Shown here: positions 40,842 through 49,600 of the stretch, in pieces
Layout: each line of letters begins with the position of its first letter
Position numbering within the stretch: the first letter of the stretch is position 1
NCBI GenBank assembly: GCA_044440125.1
Contig: JBITAJ010000012.1
Coordinates: forward strand, 249,164 to 313,163
From: Sedimentisphaeraceae bacterium JB056
GTDB taxonomy: Bacteria > Planctomycetota > Phycisphaerae > Sedimentisphaerales > Sedimentisphaeraceae
Length of the DNA stretch: 64,000 bases
Direction: 5' to 3'
Translations under genes and position numbers: made by a program
The notes under the pieces: generated by a model
Databases searched by the model: none
Seen by the model: the letters and a program-made list of their open reading frames with translations, nothing else
What the model was told of the DNA's origin: nothing

Positions 40842-40882
40842 TGTTCGTAAATTGGCTAAATCTAAACGCAATGAGGCGTTTA
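40842..40882 (+). promoter_or_regulatory. Regulon box 4 (upstream of the symporter operon)
   Basis: TGTTCGTAAATTGGCTAAATCTAAACGCAATGAGGCGTTTA; TATAAT at 40902-40907. Confidence 0.85.
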
Positions 40883-40897
40883 GATTTAGCTTTTATT
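40855..40897 (+). terminator. Perfect 15-bp hairpin plus T-run, overlapping regulon box 4
   Basis: GCTAAATCTAAACGC-aatgag-GCGTTTAGATTTAGC-TTTTATT. Confidence 0.7.
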
Positions 40898-40954
40898 CTG
40901 ATATAATTTTGTATATCGCTACTTAAGATTTGTAAAGACCATACGGAGATATGA

Positions 40955-42700
40955 ATGACAATTTTAGATTGGCTTGTGATTTTTTTATATTGTATTTTGC
41001 TGCTGGCTGTCGGAGCGATATTCAGCCGTAAGAATAAGACATCTTCAGATATGTTTGCCGCCGGACGTCAGTCTCCGTGGTGGATATCTGGAATATCTGC
41101 TTATATGACTATGTTCTCAGCGGGAACTTTTGTTGTATGGGGCGGTATGGCTTATGATTACGGTTTTGTTGCCATCAGCGTATCTCTTTGTTATGGTGTT
41201 GCGGCATTTTTTGCGGGCTTGTTCTTTGCCGGTTATTGGCGAAAAATGGGACTTTCTACAGCCGCGGAGTTTATACAACTGCGTTTTGGTAATTCAGCTT
41301 TCCACTTTTATACGTGGTTCAAGCTTATATTTATGTCGTTTTTTACAGGTCTTACGCTCTACGGACTTGCTGTTATGCTGTGTCCGCTTATTTCATTGCC
41401 TGAGGGACATTTTCTTGCTAACGCGGCAACCGGCACTCTTTCGGTAGACTGGGCGTGCATAATACTTGGTGCAATAGTGATCTTCTACACAATGAGTGGT
41501 GGATTGTGGGCTGTATTGTTAACCGATACTCTCCAGTTTTTCGTGTTAATGCTTGCGGTCATAATGGTAGTGCCTCTCAGTATAAGTAAGATAGGCGGGT
41601 TTGAGAATTTTACTACTTCCGCTCCGGAGGGCTTTTTTGCTCTTACAAGCGGTAAGTTTACATGGCTTTTCCTTCTTGGCTGGATGCTTACGAATATGTT
41701 CCAGCTTGGTGGTGAGTGGCACTTTATACAAAGGTATTTTTGCGTGCCAAGTGTTAAGGATGCGAGAAAATCCTGCTATCTGTTTTCGGTTTTGTATCTG
41801 ACAACTCCGTTTCTATGGATGCTTCCGCCAATGATATACAAAGTCGTTGACCCTAATGCTGATCCTGAACAGGCCTACATACTTATGTGTAAGTCGGTTT
41901 TGCCGGCCGGTATGGTAGGTATGATGATAGCGGCGATGTTCTCGGCTACTGCGAGTAGTCTTTCTTCGCTCTTGAATGTCAATGCCAGTGTTCTTACAAA
42001 TGATGTATATAAAAAGATATTCCGTCCGGAAGCGACAGAAAAGCAGGTTATCGTTGCAGGCAGGGTAATAACTATAGTTATGGGTGTATGGCTCCTTTCA
42101 GGAAGCATAATTCTGCCGCGATTGACAAGCTACCGAAATTTTGTTCTGGTTTTCGGAAGCATGATAGGTTCTTCGATATTGATGCCTACCATATGGGCCC
42201 TTCGTTCCAAGAAGATCGGTCAAAGTGCGGTATGGCTGACTGTTTCTGCGAGCGTGGTTGTGGGTTTCATAGTGAAATTTGTTCTTTCGAAAAATGGAAT
42301 GTTGAGTTCTTCTGAGATGTTTGCTCCGATAATTAACTTTGTTGATGCGCATTCACGAGAAGTTGATGCGGCAGTTGGTATTTTAACTCCGCTGACCGTA
42401 TTGACAATATGTGAGCTGAAGGCTAAAGAGTATAACGCGGGATGGAAACGGCTTAATGATAAGGTTAAGTCGATACAGGATACGGAAATACCCACTATAG
42501 CATCTACAATGCCTGCGAAGGTGATTTTGATGAATCTTGGCATTTTGTCGCTTATGCTTGCGATAATGGCTCTTTTAGGGAATGACAGAACTGAGGTACT
42601 TTGGGCGGCAGCGGCAATATTCTTCTTCACGATGCTTGCAGGCAGCGTTCCTATTGTGATCAGAATATTAAAGGAAAAGAAAACGGCGGTTTCAAGCTGA
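40955..42700 (+). CDS. Sodium:solute symporter (SSS family), probably for a sugar
   Basis: 'MFAAGRQSPWW', 'SAGTFV', 'GGLWAVLLTDTLQ', 'IQRY', 'AAMFSATASS'. Confidence 0.92.
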   Translation: MTILDWLVIFLYCILLLAVGAIFSRKNKTSSDMFAAGRQSPWWISGISAYMTMFSAGTFVVWGGMAYDYGFVAISVSLCYGVAAFFAGLFFAGYWRKMGLSTAAEFIQLRFGNSAFHFYTWFKLIFMSFFTGLTLYGLAVMLCPLISLPEGHFLANAATGTLSVDWACIILGAIVIFYTMSGGLWAVLLTDTLQFFVLMLAVIMVVPLSISKIGGFENFTTSAPEGFFALTSGKFTWLFLLGWMLTNMFQLGGEWHFIQRYFCVPSVKDARKSCYLFSVLYLTTPFLWMLPPMIYKVVDPNADPEQAYILMCKSVLPAGMVGMMIAAMFSATASSLSSLLNVNASVLTNDVYKKIFRPEATEKQVIVAGRVITIVMGVWLLSGSIILPRLTSYRNFVLVFGSMIGSSILMPTIWALRSKKIGQSAVWLTVSASVVVGFIVKFVLSKNGMLSSSEMFAPIINFVDAHSREVDAAVGILTPLTVLTICELKAKEYNAGWKRLNDKVKSIQDTEIPTIASTMPAKVILMNLGILSLMLAIMALLGNDRTEVLWAAAAIFFFTMLAGSVPIVIRILKEKKTAVSS

Positions 42701-42729
42701 TCGTTTAATAAAACAACTTTGGAAATCTT

Positions 42730-44592
42730 ATGAGACATTTACTACATAAAGTTGAATTTTGTGTGATAGGCGGCGGCCTCTCCGGTATATGCGCGGCAGT
42801 TTCTGCGGCAAGGAGAGGAGTGAAAGTGGCATTGATTCACGATAGACCCGTATTGGGCGGTAACGCTTCAAGTGAGATACGTATGTGGGTTTGCGGAGCG
42901 GTAGGGCTTAATAATAGAGAAACGGGTATCGTTGAAGAGATACTTCTTGAGAACCGCTATCGCAACCCTGAATATAACTATTCAATATGGGACAGTATTC
43001 TCTATGAAAAGGTTCGCTTTGAGCCCAATATAGAGCTGCTGCTTAACTGCACATGCAATGATGCCGAGATGGCAGGCGACAAGATCAAGAGTGTCAAGGG
43101 CTGGCAGCTCACGACTCAAACCTGGCATACAGTGGAAGCAGACCTTTTTGCTGATTGCTCAGGTGATTCTATTCTGGCCGAGCTTACCGGTGCTGATTTC
43201 AGTATTGGAAGAGAGTCATCCGATGAGTATGGGGAAGGTTTTGCCCCTGATAAGGCTGATGAGAAAATGATGGGTATGAGTTGTCTTCTTCAAGTAAGGC
43301 AGACCGACCGATATCAGAAATTTGTACCGCCTTCATGGGCGTATAAATATGGTAAGGGTGATCTCGATCATCGTGATCATTCACTTCATGAAGCCCAGAA
43401 TTTCTGGTGGATTGAGGTTGGCGGAGAAGGCTATGAGGCGATTTATGACACTGAAAAAGTTCGTGATGAACTTTTGAAAATAGTATTCGGCGTATGGGAT
43501 CATATAAAGAATTGCGGTGATCACGGTGCTGAAAACTGGGCTCTTGAGTGGGTTGGTTTCTTGCCGGGTAAACGTGAGAGCCGCAGATATCTTGGTGACT
43601 ATATCCTTACGCAGAGCGATATAAATATCGGTGTGGAATTTGATGATTCAGTTGCTTATGGCGGTTGGCCTATAGACGATCATCATCCGGGTGGATTCTA
43701 TTTCAAGGGTGATCCTACTGAGTTCCATGGGGTATACGCTCCGTTCAATATCCCGTACAGATGTCTTTATTCACGCAATGTAGACAATCTTCTCTTTGCC
43801 GGTAGAAATATCAGTGTTTCACATGTGGCGCTTGCATCAACAAGAGTTATGGCGACCTGTGCTACGCTTGGTCAGGCTGTAGGCAATGCTGCGGCAGTTG
43901 CTGTAGCTGAGAAAACTTCACCTCGCGGTGTTTACGAAAACTATATGAGCAAGCTTCAGCAGCAGCTTATGGATGATGATTGCTTCCTGCCTGCGATGGT
44001 TAGGGATATATCACAGATTACAGATTCTGCTGCAATTTCGGCTTCTCAGGGTAATCCGGAAGTTCTTCGCAACGGGCTTGAAAGAACTTTGCATGGAAGT
44101 GAAAATTTATGGGTTGGTGATATAGGCGGTTACGTACAATATGATTTTGATAAACCTTCTTATATAGAAAATGTTCGTCTTGTATTTGATAGCGATCTCA
44201 ATCGTTCGATAATAGAAGATACGGATTCATCTAAGCTTGAGCAGCAAGGCAATATATTTGATGATTATGAAGGTTTGCAGGATAGTAAACCTCAGGCACA
44301 AACCAAAGTTGCTATGGCAGAGAATGACCCGGCCAGAAAGGCGGTCAGAGAGATGAGGTCATGTTATCCGCTTGGATTAAAAGAGCAGGATGTTCCAACT
44401 GTTATGATTAAAGCTTTCAAGGTGGAAATACTTGATAAAGAGGGCCGCTGGCATACTGTTTTGGAAGAGCTGAATAATTATCAGCGTTTGTATAAGAAAA
44501 AGATAGGTCAATATGCGTCTGCGGTAAGATTTGTTCCTCTTTCTACATGGGGTGATAAGCAGGCCAGATTGTATGCTTTCGATGTTGAATAA
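42730..44592 (+). CDS. FAD-dependent oxidoreductase (PF12831-like)
   Basis: 'VIGGGLSGICAAVSAAR', 'LGGNASSEIR', 'DCSGD', 'GKRESRR', 'AGRNIS', 'STRVMATC'. Confidence 0.9.
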   Translation: MRHLLHKVEFCVIGGGLSGICAAVSAARRGVKVALIHDRPVLGGNASSEIRMWVCGAVGLNNRETGIVEEILLENRYRNPEYNYSIWDSILYEKVRFEPNIELLLNCTCNDAEMAGDKIKSVKGWQLTTQTWHTVEADLFADCSGDSILAELTGADFSIGRESSDEYGEGFAPDKADEKMMGMSCLLQVRQTDRYQKFVPPSWAYKYGKGDLDHRDHSLHEAQNFWWIEVGGEGYEAIYDTEKVRDELLKIVFGVWDHIKNCGDHGAENWALEWVGFLPGKRESRRYLGDYILTQSDINIGVEFDDSVAYGGWPIDDHHPGGFYFKGDPTEFHGVYAPFNIPYRCLYSRNVDNLLFAGRNISVSHVALASTRVMATCATLGQAVGNAAAVAVAEKTSPRGVYENYMSKLQQQLMDDDCFLPAMVRDISQITDSAAISASQGNPEVLRNGLERTLHGSENLWVGDIGGYVQYDFDKPSYIENVRLVFDSDLNRSIIEDTDSSKLEQQGNIFDDYEGLQDSKPQAQTKVAMAENDPARKAVREMRSCYPLGLKEQDVPTVMIKAFKVEILDKEGRWHTVLEELNNYQRLYKKKIGQYASAVRFVPLSTWGDKQARLYAFDVE

Positions 44593-44607
44593 AATATAAG
44601 GGGTCTT

Positions 44608-46602
44608 ATGAAAACTGTTTCTGCCTTCATTTTCGGGCTATTGTTAGTTACTGATTTTGTATTTGGATCGAGTGATACAGTTGAAATCAAGGTTGATCTC
44701 GGAACAGAACGAGTAATAAAGCTTGGTGATTTCGAAAAATCACAGCTTGACAGAGATAAATATTTTCGCAGTTATCATATGCCCGGTCTCTTCAGCGAGG
44801 AAATGAGTGAAGAGCTCAAGGAAATAGGTGCTCTGCCCGGTCGTGGCACCGGCCCTTACTATTCATACGACAAACAGCACAGCTACGATTCTTCTGATAT
44901 GAAGGCATCAGCTGATAGACAGTTTGAAAAATGGATAGAGAAACAGAATGAGAAATACAGTGGGTTCTATAAAAAAGCTGCTCAGCGTTATCCCGGTTTG
45001 AAACATGCACTTGCCTATAACCCAAATTTCCCCGAAAAAATGAGACGCGGCAATGAGGGCAAAGACAAGGGGATACTTGCCAGTGAGTATTATGATGATT
45101 TTGCAAAACTTATCGTCGGGTTCTATGATAAACTCAAGGCAGAGAAATGCTCTTATCCGTCATGGTATACTACTCAGAATGAGCCGCCATATCAGTGGGG
45201 AGCTGAGGATTTTGCCAAATACAGCGCAGTGATGGCTAAGGTTATGTCAAGGGCACATCCTGATATTAAAATATGTGGTCCGTGCAGTGCGTGGCCTTAT
45301 CCCCAAACCGACTGGAAGAGATGGAACGGCTGGGAAAAGAAATTTGTCGATATAGCCGGACGTTACGTAGGTGCTTACGATCTGCACTTTTACAGCAAGG
45401 GATACTGGGCGTATTCTGATGAACGTTTGATGGGTGATCCTCTCAGTAAGAGACAGCCGCAGCCGAGCTTGTATGTTTCCCAGAAGAACGGCTGTTCTAC
45501 TGTATGGGATTACGGCAGGGCAGACGGCTTGCTCGATCTGTTCGCCGCTTATCACAGCAGCCGTTATAACAGTCAGCCCAAACCGATGATAATATCGGAG
45601 TTCGGGCGTCAGGGCATAGAGCCTCAGCTTGGCCCCTGGGAAAATGATTTCAAGCCGTGGCTGTATATGACAACCGTTGTGCGTCTGTGGATGACTTTCA
45701 TGGAAAGGCCGGAAGTAGAGCTTACAATTCCTTTCATTCTTGGACAGTCCGATTTTGTTTACGGTGCCGCGCGAGGACAAGCCGTTTATACACGTCCAAA
45801 TGCTCCTGAGGATAAGACTACTCAAGTCACACGGTTTCATGATTTCTACAGTTTCTTCAAAGACCTTGACGGCAGTCGTATTAGTTCACAAGTAAACGAC
45901 AGGGATGTTTTGGTAAGGTCTTTTGCTGATGATAATATAGTATATATACTGGTCCATAATGGCAAAGGATATCCGCAGGGTAAGATCGATGTAGATATTT
46001 CATTTGCATTGAAAGATGCTTCCGGTAAAAGGGTAGATGTGTTATCATCGCAGATTAAACGTATGAGATGGCAGGGTCCTGTTCCGGCAGACCATACGAG
46101 CACTTCGCTCAAAGGCAAACTGATTATTGATACAGAAAATCAGTATCATTCGCTTGATAATTTTTCGGGTATAAGTCTTGACGGCGAGGAAACTGCTATA
46201 GTCAAGCTTACTCTTAAAGAGACTCCACGAACTGCCAGAATTACCGAGTATATAGACTACTCAAAAGATATACTGATCAGTCCGGATAAGGAAGGTAAGT
46301 GCAGTCTTACGCTTCGAAATACCAATCCGTCTTCTAAGCTGAAGAAAGCTGTTTTGTATTTGGCGTTGGCTGTTGATGATGGGTTCAGTAAGAGTCCGGT
46401 TGTAAAATTCAATGGTTCGGCTGTTGAAATTGGCGATCTTTCTTTTTCGGAAGGTATTAAAGATTTTCACTACCCAATCCCTGTTGAAATCCCTGTTGAA
46501 CATATCGAGGGCAGCAATCGTATTGATGTTGAATTCAATGCCGAAAGCTGCGATATGAAAAACGTGAAAGTTGTTACGGCCAAACTTGTAACTTATTATT
46601 GA
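44608..46602 (+). CDS. Secreted GH86-like beta-agarase/porphyranase-type hydrolase
   Basis: Signal peptide; 'RDKYFRSYH', 'GRG', 'QNEP', 'ISEFG', 'MERPE..LTIPFIL'; C-terminal beta-sandwiches. Confidence 0.6.
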   Translation: MKTVSAFIFGLLLVTDFVFGSSDTVEIKVDLGTERVIKLGDFEKSQLDRDKYFRSYHMPGLFSEEMSEELKEIGALPGRGTGPYYSYDKQHSYDSSDMKASADRQFEKWIEKQNEKYSGFYKKAAQRYPGLKHALAYNPNFPEKMRRGNEGKDKGILASEYYDDFAKLIVGFYDKLKAEKCSYPSWYTTQNEPPYQWGAEDFAKYSAVMAKVMSRAHPDIKICGPCSAWPYPQTDWKRWNGWEKKFVDIAGRYVGAYDLHFYSKGYWAYSDERLMGDPLSKRQPQPSLYVSQKNGCSTVWDYGRADGLLDLFAAYHSSRYNSQPKPMIISEFGRQGIEPQLGPWENDFKPWLYMTTVVRLWMTFMERPEVELTIPFILGQSDFVYGAARGQAVYTRPNAPEDKTTQVTRFHDFYSFFKDLDGSRISSQVNDRDVLVRSFADDNIVYILVHNGKGYPQGKIDVDISFALKDASGKRVDVLSSQIKRMRWQGPVPADHTSTSLKGKLIIDTENQYHSLDNFSGISLDGEETAIVKLTLKETPRTARITEYIDYSKDILISPDKEGKCSLTLRNTNPSSKLKKAVLYLALAVDDGFSKSPVVKFNGSAVEIGDLSFSEGIKDFHYPIPVEIPVEHIEGSNRIDVEFNAESCDMKNVKVVTAKLVTYY

Positions 46603-46621
46603 AAAAATTAAAGGAGCGTTT

Positions 46622-49600
46622 GTGTCAAAAAAAACATTAAAGTTGACCTTGCTCGTTACTATATTGCTTAGCATTTTCTCTTCTGCATACGGCTTATCCT
46701 GTCGTGTAGTAAATTTCTACCAGCAGCCCGTTTACGCTTCCTGGGTCAATATCGATGCCTCCGATGTTTACGATGCTCTTGGTATTGCTTACGGCAGTGC
46801 TCTTGAGGTGATAGATACTTCCGATTCCAGCCGTTTGCCGGCTGAGCTGGTAACACTTAACGGTGTTGACAAGATATGCGTTTATCTCTCGCTTGATGCC
46901 GGTGAGGTACTTGACCTTTCTATAAATCCAGCGTCCGAATGGCTTTCCGCACAGTATGCCGACTGGCAAAGTGTTTCGCAGAGCGGTTTGATAAGTAACG
47001 GTATAATATCGGTGAGTTTTGATGCCAGTGGCATTGATATGTCTTTCGCCGGGTCTCTGGGCACGGCCCAGCAGCGAGCGGTATTGGATAATGTCTATTA
47101 TAAAGGCTGGATAGATGAGATTGATAACGGGGCGGTCATAGACCCCGAGTTTCTGGGGCTCTGCAAAGTTGACAGTCGCAGTGCGGTTATAGATTTTGCC
47201 GTTGCATCGATAACAGCCGAAGGCCCTACGCTGACTCTTACCAGAAGTTTTGATGGTTTCGGGCAGGGTGTCGTGCTTACTGAGACGATCACCGCTTTGA
47301 AATGCCAGCCGGCTTTCAGATATGAACTGCATTTTACCAACAACAATCAGACAGACCGTTGGCTTGCATGGGCTGATGGTTATATCGGCGGCAATTTTGC
47401 TCATGATCAGAGTTGGCTTCGAAGCCCTTATTGGGGCGACAGCCTGTATGATCTTTCAGTCGAGAATTTTGCCGATCACGTCAAGTATTGGTATAATCCG
47501 CCGTCATGGACATACTGCGGGCTTTGGGATGATGCCGGTTACGGTGTCGGCCTGACAACACTGGAGCTTCTTACAGGTTCCCACTACCACAACAAGACAT
47601 ACTGGAAAGCCGACCTCAACAGCTTTGCTCTCGACCAGGTTGAAACGACCGCCGGCTATCTTCCGATTCAGATAGCTCCCGGTGCTACTGTAGAACTTGG
47701 CGGATGCTTTATTGCGACCGACAGCGGAACCGATGCCTTTCGTCAGACGAATCTATTCTTCTATGCTCTCGATAAGGATGAGTATCCTGATTTGGAATCA
47801 TCTTTTAGTGTCAATCTTGATACCGAGTTTATAAATGCAGCGAAGGCCGATTATTTTTATGAGGATTTTTCAAATTTTGACCGGTGGTTTATTCAAAGTG
47901 GAACCGCCGCAGCAATCACTGAGGGTGGACGGCTCACAATTGATGATACCTCGGCTTCCGTTTCCTGTGCATTGGAGATTGATTTTTCAGATCAAAAGAT
48001 TTTTACTGTTGATATTGCCGACGCAGACCCTCTTGTGACTTTCTGTGCAAAGGTAAGGCCGCTTGGTTCAACTTTTGATCCTGTAACGCTTGTCGAGGCT
48101 CAGAATGTGCAGCCGCCTGATGAACAATATCTGCTTGCACATTATAAATTTGATGAAACAGCCGGCTCTGTTGCTGTTGACTCTTCATCGCAGGATGAGG
48201 CGGCAGTTTATAATGGTCAGTGGTATTCGCAAGGAGTCGATCAGGGCTGTATTTATCTTGATGGAACTTCTTATGTTCGCCTGCCGGCCGGTGCAGTTGA
48301 CGATGTCACCGATCAGGTTACAGTTTCTCTGTGGGCATACGGTGACCCTGCCCAGTCAGACAGTAATGTACTTTTCCACGGTACATCAGCGGGCTATACT
48401 GGCCATACGCTCTTTGCCTACGCACCGGATGCAAACGGCGACGTCAGCTTCGAGGCCGGTCATATTACGCCGCAGGATGCTTCATGGCCTTCCTATTATT
48501 GGGGCTGGGATACGCTTGATTTTTCTCAGGCCCTTGTAAGTGATTACAGAGGCCAGTGGAATCATTATGCCTTCGTCAAGGATTCTGCGCAGGGCTATCA
48601 AAAGATTTATCGCAACGGCGAGCTTGTTGCTCAGATTGCAGATGCCTTTTCGCCTGTAGACAGCCTCGTTAATTTTACGCTTGGCTGCGTTGACAGAAAT
48701 ACTTATCGTTCTCTGTATTATAAAGGCTACGTTGATGATTTGAGAATATATAATACGGCTCTTACAGATTCTCAGGTTGTTTATCTTGCCGATCAGTTAA
48801 GCGGTTCCGAACTTGTCGGAAAACTTCAAGCCAATATAAATGATAAAACCGGCTGGTCTGACTATACTTCATTTGAACTTATACTTTCACTTGAAGGGCA
48901 GCCTTCCGGCTCGGCGGATATCAATCTTGTAAGCATATTGCCTCCGGCGGCTGCCGCTCCTGAGCTCGTTACACCTCTGGAAGGCTGGGATGTTACCGAT
49001 CTTGCCGCCTGTTTCAGTTGGAAGAATATCGAAGGTATCGTTGATTATCAGTTGCAAATCAGTCGTGATGAGCAGTTCACTTCTCCACTTATTTACGATC
49101 TTACAAGCGACAGTGAGCTTTGCAGGTATTATCCAATTGAACTGCTCGATACAGGTCTCTGGTACTGGCGAGTCTGCGGTGTGGACGGCTTGCAGCTTGG
49201 GAATTTTTCCGAAGTAAGAAGTTTTACGATAAACGATGTCCATGGCAAGGCGGCGATTATTCACCCTGTCAGTGCTCAGCAGCCTCTCTTTACGCTCGAG
49301 GCATTCAAGGTTGATGACTTGAGCAAATATGCCGAGTCCATACCGGCGGATATCCGCCACTGCACGGCGATAGTCAGTGATAATCAATATTTCGTTTACA
49401 AGCAGACCAATCTTGAGCATTATTCAAAAGTTGCCGGTCAGGATACCAACTATATGATACGTACTCATGGACCTGATAAAATGGGCTGGGCATTTTCGCT
49501 GACCGATGTTGAGTGGTTGTTCAGTAATTACCCTAATATCATCGGTATCTGCGTGGGTGAAAATTTCTGGAATTACTGGCAGTGGGAAACTGATGGCAGC

